Shown piece after piece: positions 63,130 to 64,000 of a stretch of DNA of 64,000 bases. Both the position numbers and the translations under genes were made by a program. Origin of the DNA: Geosiphon pyriformis uo1 (taxonomy: Eukaryota > Fungi > Glomeromycota); the NCBI GenBank assembly GCA_016748015.1, contig JAAOMT010000512.1, positions 1,932,893-1,996,892 of the forward strand. Direction: 5' to 3'. Under the pieces are notes generated by a model, which was given only the letters and a program-made list of their open reading frames with translations, was not told the origin of the DNA and ran no database searches. Position 1 is the stretch's first letter. Each line of letters starts with the position of its first letter.

Positions 63130-64000
63130 ATAAGTTCAGTTGGAAAGTGGCTACATGTAATATTAGGGATATGTCAAATTTAGCTAAACAAAAGGACATT
63201 GTTCATTGACATAAAAATTTGAGTAACATGATTTCTATTATTACTGAGACAAAATTAAGGTCTGACATTAGGTCTTGGATCATAAATAAATTTGATGGAC
63301 TTTGGGTTTTTACTTCTGGTTTGGATGTTGGGTTTCATGATGCTAGAATTGCTATAATTATGAACAATTCTTTGGCTTGGCATGTTTTGAAAGTGGATAA
63401 AATTTCTGGTCCTTTGATTTCTGTATGCCTTCTGTTTAAGAACAAGCTTTCAGTTACAATTTTGGGTCTATATGCTGGTGCATCTATTAACACATGATTC
63501 AGACAAGCTGCTAATATCAATTCTATGATTTCTAAGATGGTTAACTCCAGCTTTTTTGTGGTTTTGGGTGGTGACTTTAATAAAAATGGGTCTGGCAAAA
63601 GTGCAAGTTTCAAATTCTGTTTGGGTTTGGGCCTGGTTAATACTTTTGATGGACACTCATTGGCCAAGGCTTCTATCTGGAGCAATTCTAAAGGGGTTAA
63701 GAAGATAATTGATTTTATTTTAGTTAGTGAGAATTTGGCATCTGCAGTGGCATCACATTTTGTCAATGGTGTGTCTGAGTTTTTTGATACAAATTATAAG
63801 TCAGTTTCCATTACAATTGGTTTGAGTGGACTGCTAGATATACATCTTATTAGTATTCACAGACAAGCCAACTGGAACTGGTGGAAATTCAAATTGAAGG
63901 ATGCAAATAATGCTCATTGGTTAAGCTTTAAAGACTGCTCTTCTGCCAAGTTGTTGGCTAAGTCAGATATGTTTAAGGAGGCAAAAGTCAATGATAACTT
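63126..64000 (+). pseudogene. LINE G ORF2, APE endonuclease part
   Basis: ITETKLRS, FKNKLSVTILGLYAGAS, GGDFN; colinear with LINE E ORF2. Confidence 0.9.

Larger units (their letters stand above)
61125..64000 (+). mobile_element. LINE G, 5'-intact, cut by the window end
   Basis: 5' motif ACTTCTTTCTCTTTTACCTCCAAAAA, ORF1 remnants, start of ORF2 APE (WKVATCNIR, ETKL, GGDFN, IDFI). Confidence 0.93.

Overview
Very AT-rich eukaryotic DNA, most likely a Glomeromycotina fungus (the repeat families resemble Geosiphon/arbuscular-mycorrhizal fungal retroelements; this is inference). Most of the window is decayed retrotransposon in two nested stacks. Stack 1 (1-19720): an ORF1-only non-LTR element holds Ty3/Gypsy element A, which holds the complete Gypsy element B (5829-15667, 4-bp TSD ACGT). 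Stack 2 (20016-37492): old LINE D holds old Gypsy C (20387-31118), which holds a solo LTR of the A family (24862-25681, TSD ATAG). Three more 5'-intact LINEs follow (E 37759-44553 +, F 47162-53961 -, G 61125->64000 +). The only intact host gene is an intronless 1136-aa mitochondrial PPR protein (55125-58535), a CpG-rich island among CpG-depleted repeats. The three Gypsy families share an unusual layout: extended Gag, PR, a Cys-rich Zn-finger-like insert, dUTPase, RT/RH, IN, and a conserved non-env ORF3 before the PPT. All repeats show progressive C>T/G>A decay. Coordinates were read by eye; domain boundaries inside pseudogenes are approximate.
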